Shown: positions 11,314-19,764 of the stretch, piece by piece
Layout: every line of letters begins with the position of its first letter
Position numbering within the stretch: the first letter of the stretch is position 1
From: Pseudomonadota bacterium
GTDB lineage: Bacteria > Pseudomonadota > Alphaproteobacteria > MPNO01 > UBA830
Direction of reading: 5' to 3'
Length of the DNA: 53,453 bases
Assembly: GCA_036339975.1 (NCBI GenBank)
Contig: JAYYZV010000071.1
Coordinates: 1 to 53,453 of the forward strand
The notes under the pieces: generated by a model
The model's database searches: none
What the model saw: only the letters and a program-made list of their open reading frames with translations
Told to the model about the DNA's origin: nothing
Position numbers and translations under genes: made by a program

Positions 11314-11384
11314 TTCTTCTTTCCATTACAATTCACCTACGTGTAAGTAGCCCCAAAAATCCGGCATTGGTTTGCCGATGAAAC

Positions 11385-12593
11385 TCAAGACCTCTGTGCC
11401 CCGCTCATCTTTCCCGGTATGGAAGAGATCAGGGCACCAAAAGCCATTGCGCCTGCGCCTATAAGAAAGATCAGCGTATAGTTTGTCGTCTTGTCGAATA
11501 CCATTACGTATAAGTACCCGCCGATCGCTTGGAAGACTCCGGATGTCAGGGCCATCCATCGCCATACCTGCGCCATAAAAACGGGACCTACGATCTGGTG
11601 GGTCCTGCCAGATATGATGGCTGAAAAACCAGGTTGTGCGCCAACTACCAGTGACGAAAATGCCAGCGTCCATAATGCGGGCTTTAGGAACGGCAGCGCA
11701 ATACTGGCTGCTAGAGCGGAAAAAACCAGAATTAGCCCGGCGCGAAACCCCACCAAATCTGCAAGACGCCCCCAGAGATACGTACCGGATACCGCCCCGA
11801 GCCCGAACAAAACCCATTGAAATCCGCCAAAAGCGATATTGTGGCCGAGACCCCGGACGATGTAGTCGACCCAGTAAATAGTATGCGGCACCAGACCTAA
11901 GCTGAACATCGTTTGCCCGCCGATCAGGCACAGAACCGCTGTCGTTATCGGTGGACGTTTTGATTGTGAAGGCGGTGCTTCCTCCTCTGACCCTGTTTTT
12001 TTTGCCTCTAGACGGGCCACGCCATTAATTCCCCATAGCCCGACGCCTGCGGCAAGTAATCCAACCAGAGCTATACCTGTCCAAGCTGCGGCCAGACTGT
12101 GGTCGAGTAGCTGCGGGATCAACGTTCCGGACAACAAAATCCCAACGCCCACGCCTGTGAAGCAGATGCCCGTCGAGCGTCCCAACCGGTTTGGTGGCGC
12201 ATGGCGCGTCACGATGGTGAGACTACCAATCATGATGACGGCAACGGTGGCTCCTACCAGAAACCGCCAGAACGCCAGCCAGAGGAACCCCAAGTCGGGT
12301 ATGCTGGCTGCTAGGCACCCCAGTGATACTACGAGGGAGAATTTAAGTGTCCTTGTCTCGCCCAGGGAACCAAGAATGCGGAGCGCCGCCAGAGCGCCGA
12401 TTAGATAGCCCAGCAGATTGAAGGAACCGACATAGCCTGCCTCAGCCGCATTCAGCGTACCGCTATCCACTAGCGCTGGGACTAGGGGCGTATATGAAAA
12501 CCGGCCCAGCCCCATGCCGATCAGAAGGGTAGCAGCGCCGCCGATAGAAATTCTTATCCAACTAGGTACCGGCAACTGCAACTTGAACCTCAC
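11385..12593 (-). CDS. MFS transporter (YbfB/YjiJ-like)
   Basis: About 12 hydrophobic segments. GMGLGRFSYTPLVP and AGYVGSFNLLGYLIGA N-terminal signature. Confidence 0.85.
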   Translation of the reverse strand: MRFKLQLPVPSWIRISIGGAATLLIGMGLGRFSYTPLVPALVDSGTLNAAEAGYVGSFNLLGYLIGALAALRILGSLGETRTLKFSLVVSLGCLAASIPDLGFLWLAFWRFLVGATVAVIMIGSLTIVTRHAPPNRLGRSTGICFTGVGVGILLSGTLIPQLLDHSLAAAWTGIALVGLLAAGVGLWGINGVARLEAKKTGSEEEAPPSQSKRPPITTAVLCLIGGQTMFSLGLVPHTIYWVDYIVRGLGHNIAFGGFQWVLFGLGAVSGTYLWGRLADLVGFRAGLILVFSALAASIALPFLKPALWTLAFSSLVVGAQPGFSAIISGRTHQIVGPVFMAQVWRWMALTSGVFQAIGGYLYVMVFDKTTNYTLIFLIGAGAMAFGALISSIPGKMSGAQRS

Positions 12594-12649
12594 TACATTT
12601 GGCGGATTAACTATGCTCTACAGTGAATATCACTATGTGGTGCTAGCGC

Positions 12650-13627
12650 CTATACGCCCTCCATGGTGACGCTGTGCAATTTTTTCAGATAGTCGTCGAA
12701 TTCTTCCCGCAGGCTGTCAGGGCTCTCGATTTTTACCTGCCCCAACCAGTCGGGGTGGCATAGTTCGTGTATCAGTTCTCGATGGCCTTGGCAGTGCAGA
12801 TCGACGATCAGCGTACCCCGGGCGCGACGCATCTTCTGGCTGGGGTGAAAGCGTACTTTCTCGGCCCGTTTCGCGGCCTCCCCCTTAAACTGCAACCGGA
12901 TATCCAGAATCTCGTCACCGTGATAGATACCGAAACTGTCGGCGGACCAGCTTTTCATGTTCCAGTTTGCATATGCCTCGAAGATACGGCCGGTCGGGCG
13001 AACGTCTTCGATCAGGTCAAGCCGGTAAGTTGCCGGTTGGCCTTCTCGCGCCGCGACCAGATATCCAAATCGCCCGAATAGAAGGCCTAGAGGGTCGATC
13101 GATCGCCAGCTGGAACGCGGCCGTCCCTGCGTTCGATAATGGATTTCCAGACGCTCAAATCCCTGGATCGCGCGCTCAAATATTGCCATATGCGCTTCGT
13201 TGGCCTGCGTGCGTGGCCCCGTGCGTCCGATGTGGGCGGTGCGGGCTATCAATTCTTCTTCGTCGATTGCCAGGTGATTTGAAAGCGGTTTCTGGTTGCC
13301 AAGTAGTTTTGACAATGCGCGCGAGGTGGTGGTGTCGGTCAAGGTCTGCAAATGTCGCTCCAAGGCGCTTCGTTCCTGTGGCTGCAGGCTCATTAATGGT
13401 CTCGGGAGGTTCCCACTTAGCCGCCAGCGTTTTGTCAGATGATGGTCACTATCCAGTCGGCTGGGCTCAACCTCCAAACCTATGTCTGCAAGCCCGTTGA
13501 GCATCCGTTCGACAGTTTTGCGGCTACGGCCGGTTCTTTCCATGAGTTGCTCTATCGTTAGGCCCAAGGAACTGGCCTGCAGCTCTAGCGCCAGCCCGAG
13601 CATTTCACGCATCTTGGCATACGCCAT
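12650..13627 (-). CDS. WYL-domain transcriptional regulator (wHTH-WYL-WCX; DriD/PafC-like)
   Basis: N-terminal HTH (LTIEQLMERTGRSRKTVERML). WYL-domain pattern IHYR...RSIDPLGL...GYLVA...YRLDLI, followed by SFGIY and FHPSQ. Start taken at ATG 13627 after an AAGGAA SD. Confidence 0.88.
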   Translation of the reverse strand: MAYAKMREMLGLALELQASSLGLTIEQLMERTGRSRKTVERMLNGLADIGLEVEPSRLDSDHHLTKRWRLSGNLPRPLMSLQPQERSALERHLQTLTDTTTSRALSKLLGNQKPLSNHLAIDEEELIARTAHIGRTGPRTQANEAHMAIFERAIQGFERLEIHYRTQGRPRSSWRSIDPLGLLFGRFGYLVAAREGQPATYRLDLIEDVRPTGRIFEAYANWNMKSWSADSFGIYHGDEILDIRLQFKGEAAKRAEKVRFHPSQKMRRARGTLIVDLHCQGHRELIHELCHPDWLGQVKIESPDSLREEFDDYLKKLHSVTMEGV

Positions 13628-13644
13628 CAATATTTCCTTCCTTT

Positions 13645-13677
13645 GTCCTTTTACCCCATAAAATGACGTATAAGGAC
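13645..13677. promoter_or_regulatory. Imperfect inverted repeat, candidate WYL-regulator operator
   Basis: GTCCTTTTACCCC-ATAAAAT-GACGTATAAGGAC. 10 of 13 arm positions are complementary, with a 7-nt AT-rich spacer, between divergent genes. Confidence 0.65.
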
Positions 13678-13733
13678 CGTATTCTTTAATCAACCAAAAG
13701 CCTAGGTGATTTGATCAAAAAAAGGACCACATC

Positions 13734-14189
13734 ATGCACACCGATTTTCTCCCAACCCGAAAAATTTCCGTCAGCCAGCTATATGCCTGGAACAGCCAGC
13801 GTGCAGTTCCCCTGGAGGTTAACCTGAACGATCGAGGATGCGTGATCCGGGATCGGTTCAGTGGCACCGCGTTTCTAGCGTCGTTAGACGACCAGGGTTA
13901 TATCCGCGGGGCAACTTTGTTTGCTGATACCCGCAATCATCTGGCACACGGTATTCTGTCGGAAATGACAGGCTGTGAATGGGTCAATGAATATTCCGAC
14001 CAGTGGCCACTCTATCGCTGTTGGACGGAGGCGGAACGTGACGCCCATGCCCGCGACGTGGCGGGAGATTTAGCCGAAGATCGCGCGGAGGCTGACGGGA
14101 TCTCGGTCGACGCTGCGTTCGATATTGAATACCGCGCAGTTTATGCAATGCACCCCGTTACCGTCTCTCAGTGTCAGGTTGCAGCCTGA
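13734..14189 (+). CDS. Hypothetical protein (151 aa)
   Basis: Clean ORF with AAGGA SD that fills the intergenic gap. No family recognised. Confidence 0.75.
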   Translation: MHTDFLPTRKISVSQLYAWNSQRAVPLEVNLNDRGCVIRDRFSGTAFLASLDDQGYIRGATLFADTRNHLAHGILSEMTGCEWVNEYSDQWPLYRCWTEAERDAHARDVAGDLAEDRAEADGISVDAAFDIEYRAVYAMHPVTVSQCQVAA

Positions 14190-14251
14190 TTTTCCCCAGA
14201 CCTAAGCTCCTGAAAAAACCGGTTTCAAGTTTTCGTAGGAAAACCGCCAGC

Positions 14252-15313
14252 CTATAACAAACTCTTCCCGCCGAAGCGCTCCAGGAATTTAGGGATCGCG
14301 GCCTCGTTGACCACGTGACGCGGTATTTCCCCGCGCATCGCCGTCAGCGCGGCGTTGATTGCCCACGGCACCGCCGGTTCGAGGCTCGCGCCCTTGTTCG
14401 CGCTGACCATGTGGGGCGACAGCAGCACTTTGTCACCAAGACCCCGCAGGGGCGATTGTAAATCCAGAGGCTCGTTCTCGAACACGTCGAGCGCTGCGCC
14501 TGTGATTTTTTCTCGGTCGAGGGCGAAGAACAGTGCATTTTCGTCGACGATGGGACCTCGGGCGGCGTTGAGCAGGATCGCCGTGGGTTTCATCATACCG
14601 AACTGCGCTTCCGAAATCAGATGCTTGGTTTCTTCGGTCAGGTTCGAATGGATCGTGACCACGTCGGATGTTCGAAGCAGCGTCTCCAGATCGGCCGCTT
14701 TGGCGTTGTGATGGGCGAATTTCGATTCGTCGACATAGGGGTCATGGGCGATAAGATTTACACGCCATGGTGCCAGCAGGTCGCACAGCCGTGATCCAAT
14801 CCGGCCCAGTCCGATGACGCCGACGGTGATGCCTTCGTAACCGTCCTGCCGGGCGCCGAGAAACGTTCCCGTTAGCGCATCGTCCCGCCAGCCGCCGTCG
14901 CGAACATGGCGATCCTTTTCTCGCACTCGTTTCAGCATCGTCAGCATCATCGTCATGGTGCCTTCGGCGACACCACCCCAGTTCGCCTCGGTAGGCGAAT
15001 GAGTAACCAGAATGCCCAGATCGGCGGCGGCATCGATGTCGACGTCGTCATAGCCGATGGTGAGCTTAGAGATGATCCGAGTGTTAGGCAGGCGGCTCAT
15101 GAAGTCGTGGGTGAAGGTGAAACCCCGCATGACCGCGCCGATGATGGCAGCGCGGCCGTCTGCAATGGGAAAGACGTTGTCTTCTGCCGCCCCGAAGGCC
15201 CGGCGCCACTCGGCGTTGCCGAAAGTGAGGCTGCAGCCGGCGTCTTCCAGCTTGCGGTATTGAGCGTCGACATCGCCCATCGGCGTATAGATCAGGACTT
15301 TCGGGTCCGGCAT
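14252..15313 (-). CDS. D-isomer-specific 2-hydroxyacid dehydrogenase (SerA/GhrB-like)
   Basis: GVIGLGRIG, LNAARGPIVDE, AALDVFENEP, LSPH. Confidence 0.9.
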   Translation of the reverse strand: MPDPKVLIYTPMGDVDAQYRKLEDAGCSLTFGNAEWRRAFGAAEDNVFPIADGRAAIIGAVMRGFTFTHDFMSRLPNTRIISKLTIGYDDVDIDAAADLGILVTHSPTEANWGGVAEGTMTMMLTMLKRVREKDRHVRDGGWRDDALTGTFLGARQDGYEGITVGVIGLGRIGSRLCDLLAPWRVNLIAHDPYVDESKFAHHNAKAADLETLLRTSDVVTIHSNLTEETKHLISEAQFGMMKPTAILLNAARGPIVDENALFFALDREKITGAALDVFENEPLDLQSPLRGLGDKVLLSPHMVSANKGASLEPAVPWAINAALTAMRGEIPRHVVNEAAIPKFLERFGGKSLL

Positions 15314-15332
15314 GTAAATGTTCCCTGTCAGG

Positions 15333-15366
15333 CAAAGAAAATCCCGGCCGGTGCTCCCGGCCGGGG
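15333..15366 (-). terminator. Putative intrinsic terminator after the Bug/TctC gene
   Basis: Minus strand reads CCCGGCCGG-GAGCA-CCGGCCGGG followed by ATTTTCTTT. Confidence 0.65.
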
Positions 15367-15388
15367 GTATTGGAACGCTTGAGGCGCC

Positions 15389-16414
15389 TTATTTCAAGCC
15401 GAGCGCCGTCCGCATGCGGTCGATCAGCGCCTGATCTGTCTTGGTGATCCGCCCTGCCGCTGCCTGCTGGTCCTGCCAGTTGACGGATTCCCAGGTCATG
15501 CGGCGTTTCTTTGCGCCTGCAACGGCGTTGGGATCAGCGAAGGATTTGGAGAAGGCAGTCCGAAGCGCTGCCAGCCGGTCGGCCGGCACGCCGGGAGGGG
15601 CCAGCCAGGCACGCCCGAGCACCATGTTGCCGCCCAGCAGTTCAGCGACCTTCTTGTCCTCTGGGTCGGTAATGATGTCCTTCAGCAGCGGCACGTCCGG
15701 ATAGTCTTTCAGTGGCGTCAAAGCGTTCACCGCGAGCAGGTTAACTTTGTCGACTAGGTGCGCGCGGCCGATCGTGAATCCTGACCAGGATGACTGGAAG
15801 CCCTGAACCTCCTTCTTGTCCATGGCGATATAGATACCGCCCATGCCGCGGTATCCCGTTATGACCTTGAACTTGGTGCCGAGCATGGCGTTGGTCAGTG
15901 TCGGGACGACATAGGTCTGCGACCCTTTGCCGGTGGACCCGAACACTACCTGTTTCTTCATCGCCTGCTGCAGGGTTTTGACGCCGGTACTCTTGTACGC
16001 CACAAACGCGCTGCGTGGTTTGTCGGCGCCGCCGAGGAACTGGAATTCATTGGCGATATACTTGACGCCTGTCGTCCGCAGGCGCGATGCCAGCGGCGTA
16101 TCCGACAGCAGGATCCCGATCATGGTCCCGTCCTTGCGGCCGCGCGTGTATAAGAAATTTGCCGCCTTGGTGCCGCCCGCGCCGCCCATGTTCTGGACGA
16201 TGAATTTTGGTTTGCCCGGCATGTATTTCTGAAGGAAAGGAGCAATGTACTGGGTGTACTTCGTATGACCGCCGCCCGGACCTGCGGCAACCACGACGGT
16301 GACGGTTTTGCCCTTGTAGAAGTTGGCAACGGAATTGGCTGCTGCGGGCGTGGAAATTCCAGCCGCCAGAAGTACCGTGCCGGCGATTGCCGGTACAAAT
16401 GTTGAGTGCTTCAT
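15389..16414 (-). CDS. Tripartite tricarboxylate transporter substrate-binding protein (Bug/TctC family)
   Basis: Signal peptide MKHSTF...AAA. FYKGKTVTVVVAAGPGGG, VQNMGGAGG, APPGVPADR. Start at 16414 after GGGAG. Confidence 0.85.
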   Translation of the reverse strand: MKHSTFVPAIAGTVLLAAGISTPAAANSVANFYKGKTVTVVVAAGPGGGHTKYTQYIAPFLQKYMPGKPKFIVQNMGGAGGTKAANFLYTRGRKDGTMIGILLSDTPLASRLRTTGVKYIANEFQFLGGADKPRSAFVAYKSTGVKTLQQAMKKQVVFGSTGKGSQTYVVPTLTNAMLGTKFKVITGYRGMGGIYIAMDKKEVQGFQSSWSGFTIGRAHLVDKVNLLAVNALTPLKDYPDVPLLKDIITDPEDKKVAELLGGNMVLGRAWLAPPGVPADRLAALRTAFSKSFADPNAVAGAKKRRMTWESVNWQDQQAAAGRITKTDQALIDRMRTALGLK

Positions 16415-16487
16415 CTTTGAACTCTCCCTATTTGGTTGCAAAGAACTATTGCACATATAAAAGGCTGAAAGCCAATAGCTACACTAC

Positions 16488-17408
16488 CTATCGAATTTTC
16501 AGCATCAGTTTTCCGCGTAAGTGCCGGCTTTCGCTGATTTTTTGTGCTTCGACGGCATTTTTCAGATCGAAAACCTTTAATTCGGGCACGGTAACAACAC
16601 CCTGCTGCAGCAAGGCGGCGACCCGTTCCATATAAGGCCGATCGCGTCCAACGCTGGGGCGGAGAGACTCGACATCATCCCGCGTCGGTTCCGGGGACTG
16701 CATGCCGGATGCGATAAACGCAGCCCTCCCGCCCGGCTTTAGAACGTCGAAGGATCTGAGGCCGGTCTCGCCGCCGACGGTTTCGAATACCGCATCGCAG
16801 TCCGAGACGGCTTGCGTAAAATCGACCGCGTTGTAGTCGATGGTCTCGTCCGCGCCGAGACTTCGGACATAATCGTGATTGCGCGCGCTGGCCGTGGTGA
16901 CGACATGGGCGCCAATATGCTTGGCCAGCTGGATGGCGAACCCGGCCACGCCGCCGGCGCCACCCTGGATCAGGATTTTTTCGCCCGGTTGCAGTTTGAG
17001 GGTTTCTTCGACCGATATGACGGCGGTCAGGCCGATAAGAGATAGCGCATCGATATCTATATGAGATATATCCGCCGGCTTCTTTGCCAGCACTGACGCC
17101 TTTGTCGCCACTTTGTCGCAGTAAGTGCCTTCCTGGCCCACTGGCAGCACGCCGAAGACTTCGTCGCCCACGGCGAAATCCGCGCCTGGGCCGACCTCGG
17201 TCACCACGCCGGAAAAATCGCGGCCACATATATACGGAAAGTACGAGACCGGGGCATAAGATCCTTCCCGTACTTTCCAGTCGGCGCCATTGATGCTGGC
17301 GGCATGAATATCGGCGACGATTTCGCCCTCGTCCGCCGTCGGGTCGGGCAATTCGCCGTATTTCATCACTCCCGGCCCGCCGTGTTCTTCGAAATAAACT
17401 GCTTTCAT
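16488..17408 (-). CDS. NADP-dependent oxidoreductase, MDR/quinone-reductase family
   Basis: AASIN..DWK, GRDFSGVV, IQGGAGGV, GK at the C-terminus. Confidence 0.88.
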   Translation of the reverse strand: MKAVYFEEHGGPGVMKYGELPDPTADEGEIVADIHAASINGADWKVREGSYAPVSYFPYICGRDFSGVVTEVGPGADFAVGDEVFGVLPVGQEGTYCDKVATKASVLAKKPADISHIDIDALSLIGLTAVISVEETLKLQPGEKILIQGGAGGVAGFAIQLAKHIGAHVVTTASARNHDYVRSLGADETIDYNAVDFTQAVSDCDAVFETVGGETGLRSFDVLKPGGRAAFIASGMQSPEPTRDDVESLRPSVGRDRPYMERVAALLQQGVVTVPELKVFDLKNAVEAQKISESRHLRGKLMLKIR

Positions 17409-17527
17409 AGGTGTCCGATTTCCTTATCCGAATTATATTGTGGCGCAGTGTAAAGGGGAATTGATGCGTTGTCAGATGTCGGGGAATCGCTCAGTATTGC
17501 GAGAATGAGTTCTATGAGGATAGCGCC

Positions 17528-18556
17528 ATGACCATCGACATGCACGCCCATTGGAGCCCGCCCGAACTGGTCGACATATACCGGGCCCGCACCGAACCGC
17601 CGATGATCTACACCGATGAAGACGGCAACGACGTCATCAAAACCCGAAAGGGCGAACAGGCCTTCGGCGTCATGTTTGACGATCTGGAGGCCCGGCTGGC
17701 CGAAATGGACGAGCATGGCGTCGCGACCGGCGTGCTGTCTTTATGGGGGCCACATCAGTGGATCGAACGCCTGCCGGTCGAGGAATCCCTTCCCGCGGTG
17801 CGTATCATCAACGATGCCACGTCGCGTGTCTGCGCCGAAAATCCTGGCCGGTTCGTCGCCTATGCATCGCTGCCGCTGGCCGATATGGACGCCGCCGTGG
17901 ACGAGATGGATCGCGTCATGGAGCTGCCGGGCATGATCGGTGCAATTCTGCCTGGAAATGCGTTCATGACGCTGGCGGATGCCGGTGCCTACCGACCGAT
18001 CCTGACGTCGGCAAATCGCCACAAGGCGGCGCTTTTCATTCATTGGGGCCCGCGACCAGGCGACGAATGGCCACGCACCAGCGTAGAAACTGATAATTTC
18101 ATCCGCCGTATGGGCACGCTTGACATGCAGGCGAGCCTATCGGCCTGCACTGTCACGCTGACCATGACCGACTTGCTGGACGATTACCCTAACGCACGGT
18201 TCCAAATTCACAATCTGGGCGGCAATGTCGCGTTCGAGGTCGAACGTCTCGATCACCGCAGCCTGCTGGATACGCCGGACGAACCCCTGCCGTCCACACG
18301 CCTGACCAAGCCCAATCTGTGGTTTGACTGCAATTCCTTCGGCGCGAAATCGATCGACCTCGCGGTCGATCTGTTCGGTATCGACCGCATCGTCTACGCG
18401 ACCGACGGTACCGCGTTCGGATGCGAATGGACCAACAAGGCGCTCGCCGAAACCAGTTTGACGGACGACGAGCGCGAGATGATCCGGTCCGGTAACGCGC
18501 AGGCAATGCTAGGTCATCTGGCTCCGTTTGCGGATATGGCGCAGGCTGCGGAATAG
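17528..18556 (+). CDS. Amidohydrolase_2 family protein (divergent, ACMSD-like fold)
   Basis: IDMHAH metal motif, PGRF.AYASLPL, LFIH, and YATDG in place of FGSDYP. Confidence 0.8.
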   Translation: MTIDMHAHWSPPELVDIYRARTEPPMIYTDEDGNDVIKTRKGEQAFGVMFDDLEARLAEMDEHGVATGVLSLWGPHQWIERLPVEESLPAVRIINDATSRVCAENPGRFVAYASLPLADMDAAVDEMDRVMELPGMIGAILPGNAFMTLADAGAYRPILTSANRHKAALFIHWGPRPGDEWPRTSVETDNFIRRMGTLDMQASLSACTVTLTMTDLLDDYPNARFQIHNLGGNVAFEVERLDHRSLLDTPDEPLPSTRLTKPNLWFDCNSFGAKSIDLAVDLFGIDRIVYATDGTAFGCEWTNKALAETSLTDDEREMIRSGNAQAMLGHLAPFADMAQAAE

Positions 18557-18566
18557 CAGGTTTAAC

Positions 18567-18770
18567 ATGACTGACGACGGAGGTACCGGTGTCATCACCG
18601 ACATGTCGATGCACGAGGTTGTTCGTGCTCAGGTCTTGCAGGTTCTCGAGGATTCGGACATGACGGAGACACAGAAACAAGAGATCCTGGTGGCGATGAG
18701 TTGTCCGTGTTGCGGCGGCAGCGGCATGTCGCTGTCAATCCCGCTGGACAATTCTAAACCGGTTTTCTGA
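18567..18770 (+). CDS. Small acidic protein with CPCCGG motif (67 aa)
   Basis: ATG 10 nt after the amidohydrolase stop. Ends 30 nt before the convergent gene. Codon usage resembles its neighbours. Confidence 0.7.
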   Translation: MTDDGGTGVITDMSMHEVVRAQVLQVLEDSDMTETQKQEILVAMSCPCCGGSGMSLSIPLDNSKPVF

Positions 18771-18800
18771 GGAGCGGAGACAGCCGTTTCCACCGACTGT

Positions 18801-19751
18801 TCAGCCGGCGAGCTGCGGAAATAGTTTAAGTGCGTGGTCGCGTTCGATCCCTTTCAGCACTCCCGGATCCAGCCCCATTTCCTGTAGCTGCTTGATCGAG
18901 CCCGTCATGGTCTGTTCTGGGGCGAAGGGGTAATCGCTACCGAACAGCACATGGTCGGGGGTTACCAATTCGAACAGGCTGCGGAATGCCAGCCAGTTAG
19001 TCGACAGAGCGGTGTCGTAATACAGCCGTTCCAGTTCCGGCACGACGCCGTTGGGTACGTGTTCCTTGAAGCCGGGCCGCCCTTGCAGCCGCCCGATCCG
19101 TTCGGCCAGAAACGGAATGGTGCCGCCTGCATGGCTGAAGATGAAATTGATATTCTGGCAGCGGGCGAAGGTTCCATTGAACAAAAGACTGACCACAGCC
19201 CTCGTCGTGTCGAACGGAAAATCCAGTGTAGCGGCCGGAATTTCCGGTTGGCACTGGCTGCAGGGCGCATTGGTTGGATGGAAGTAGACGGTCGCTTTAC
19301 GCTGGTTTAGCTCATCGAAGACGGAAGCAAACTCCGGATCGCCTGGATAGCGGTCGCCGTAGGATGTCAGCAGCCCAATTCCGTCGGCGTTCAGTTCGTC
19401 TAGCGCGTAGGTGATTTCCTTCAGGCTAGCATCCACGTCTGGTAGCGGCAGGCTGGCGAATACGCCGAACCGGCCTGTATGGTCGCGGCTGATATCGGCG
19501 GCGTATTCGTTACAGTGCCGGCACAGGTCGACCGTCTCTTGCGAGTCGCCGAACCACAGACCAGGGGCAGAGATCGATGTCAGTGCCGTCTGTATGCCGT
19601 TGCGGTCCATGGCGTCGATCGACATCTGCGGTGTCCATTCAGGCGTCTTTCCCGCCAGGATCAGAGGTCCGATCCGGTTATCGCCGACAATGTCGACGTA
19701 GTTGGGCGGCAGTATGTGATGATGAACGTCGATGCGATGACAATCGGTCAT
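18801..19751 (-). CDS. Amidohydrolase_2 family non-oxidative decarboxylase-like protein
   Basis: IDVHHH, GRFGVFASLPLP, YFHP, DFPFDTTRA, SHAGGTIPF, FGSDYPF. Confidence 0.9.
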   Translation of the reverse strand: MTDCHRIDVHHHILPPNYVDIVGDNRIGPLILAGKTPEWTPQMSIDAMDRNGIQTALTSISAPGLWFGDSQETVDLCRHCNEYAADISRDHTGRFGVFASLPLPDVDASLKEITYALDELNADGIGLLTSYGDRYPGDPEFASVFDELNQRKATVYFHPTNAPCSQCQPEIPAATLDFPFDTTRAVVSLLFNGTFARCQNINFIFSHAGGTIPFLAERIGRLQGRPGFKEHVPNGVVPELERLYYDTALSTNWLAFRSLFELVTPDHVLFGSDYPFAPEQTMTGSIKQLQEMGLDPGVLKGIERDHALKLFPQLAG

Positions 19752-19764
19752 GCGGCCGTGTCCT

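Noticed and set aside
10813-11336. ORFs 10813-11244 (+), 10986-11276 (+) and the extension of the minus ORF to 11336
   Set aside because: They overlap the tRNA or are antisense to the better-supported membrane-protein gene.
11280-14250. Active integrative element or prophage at tRNA-Ser
   Set aside because: No integrase, phage or conjugation genes, and no att repeat seen by eye.
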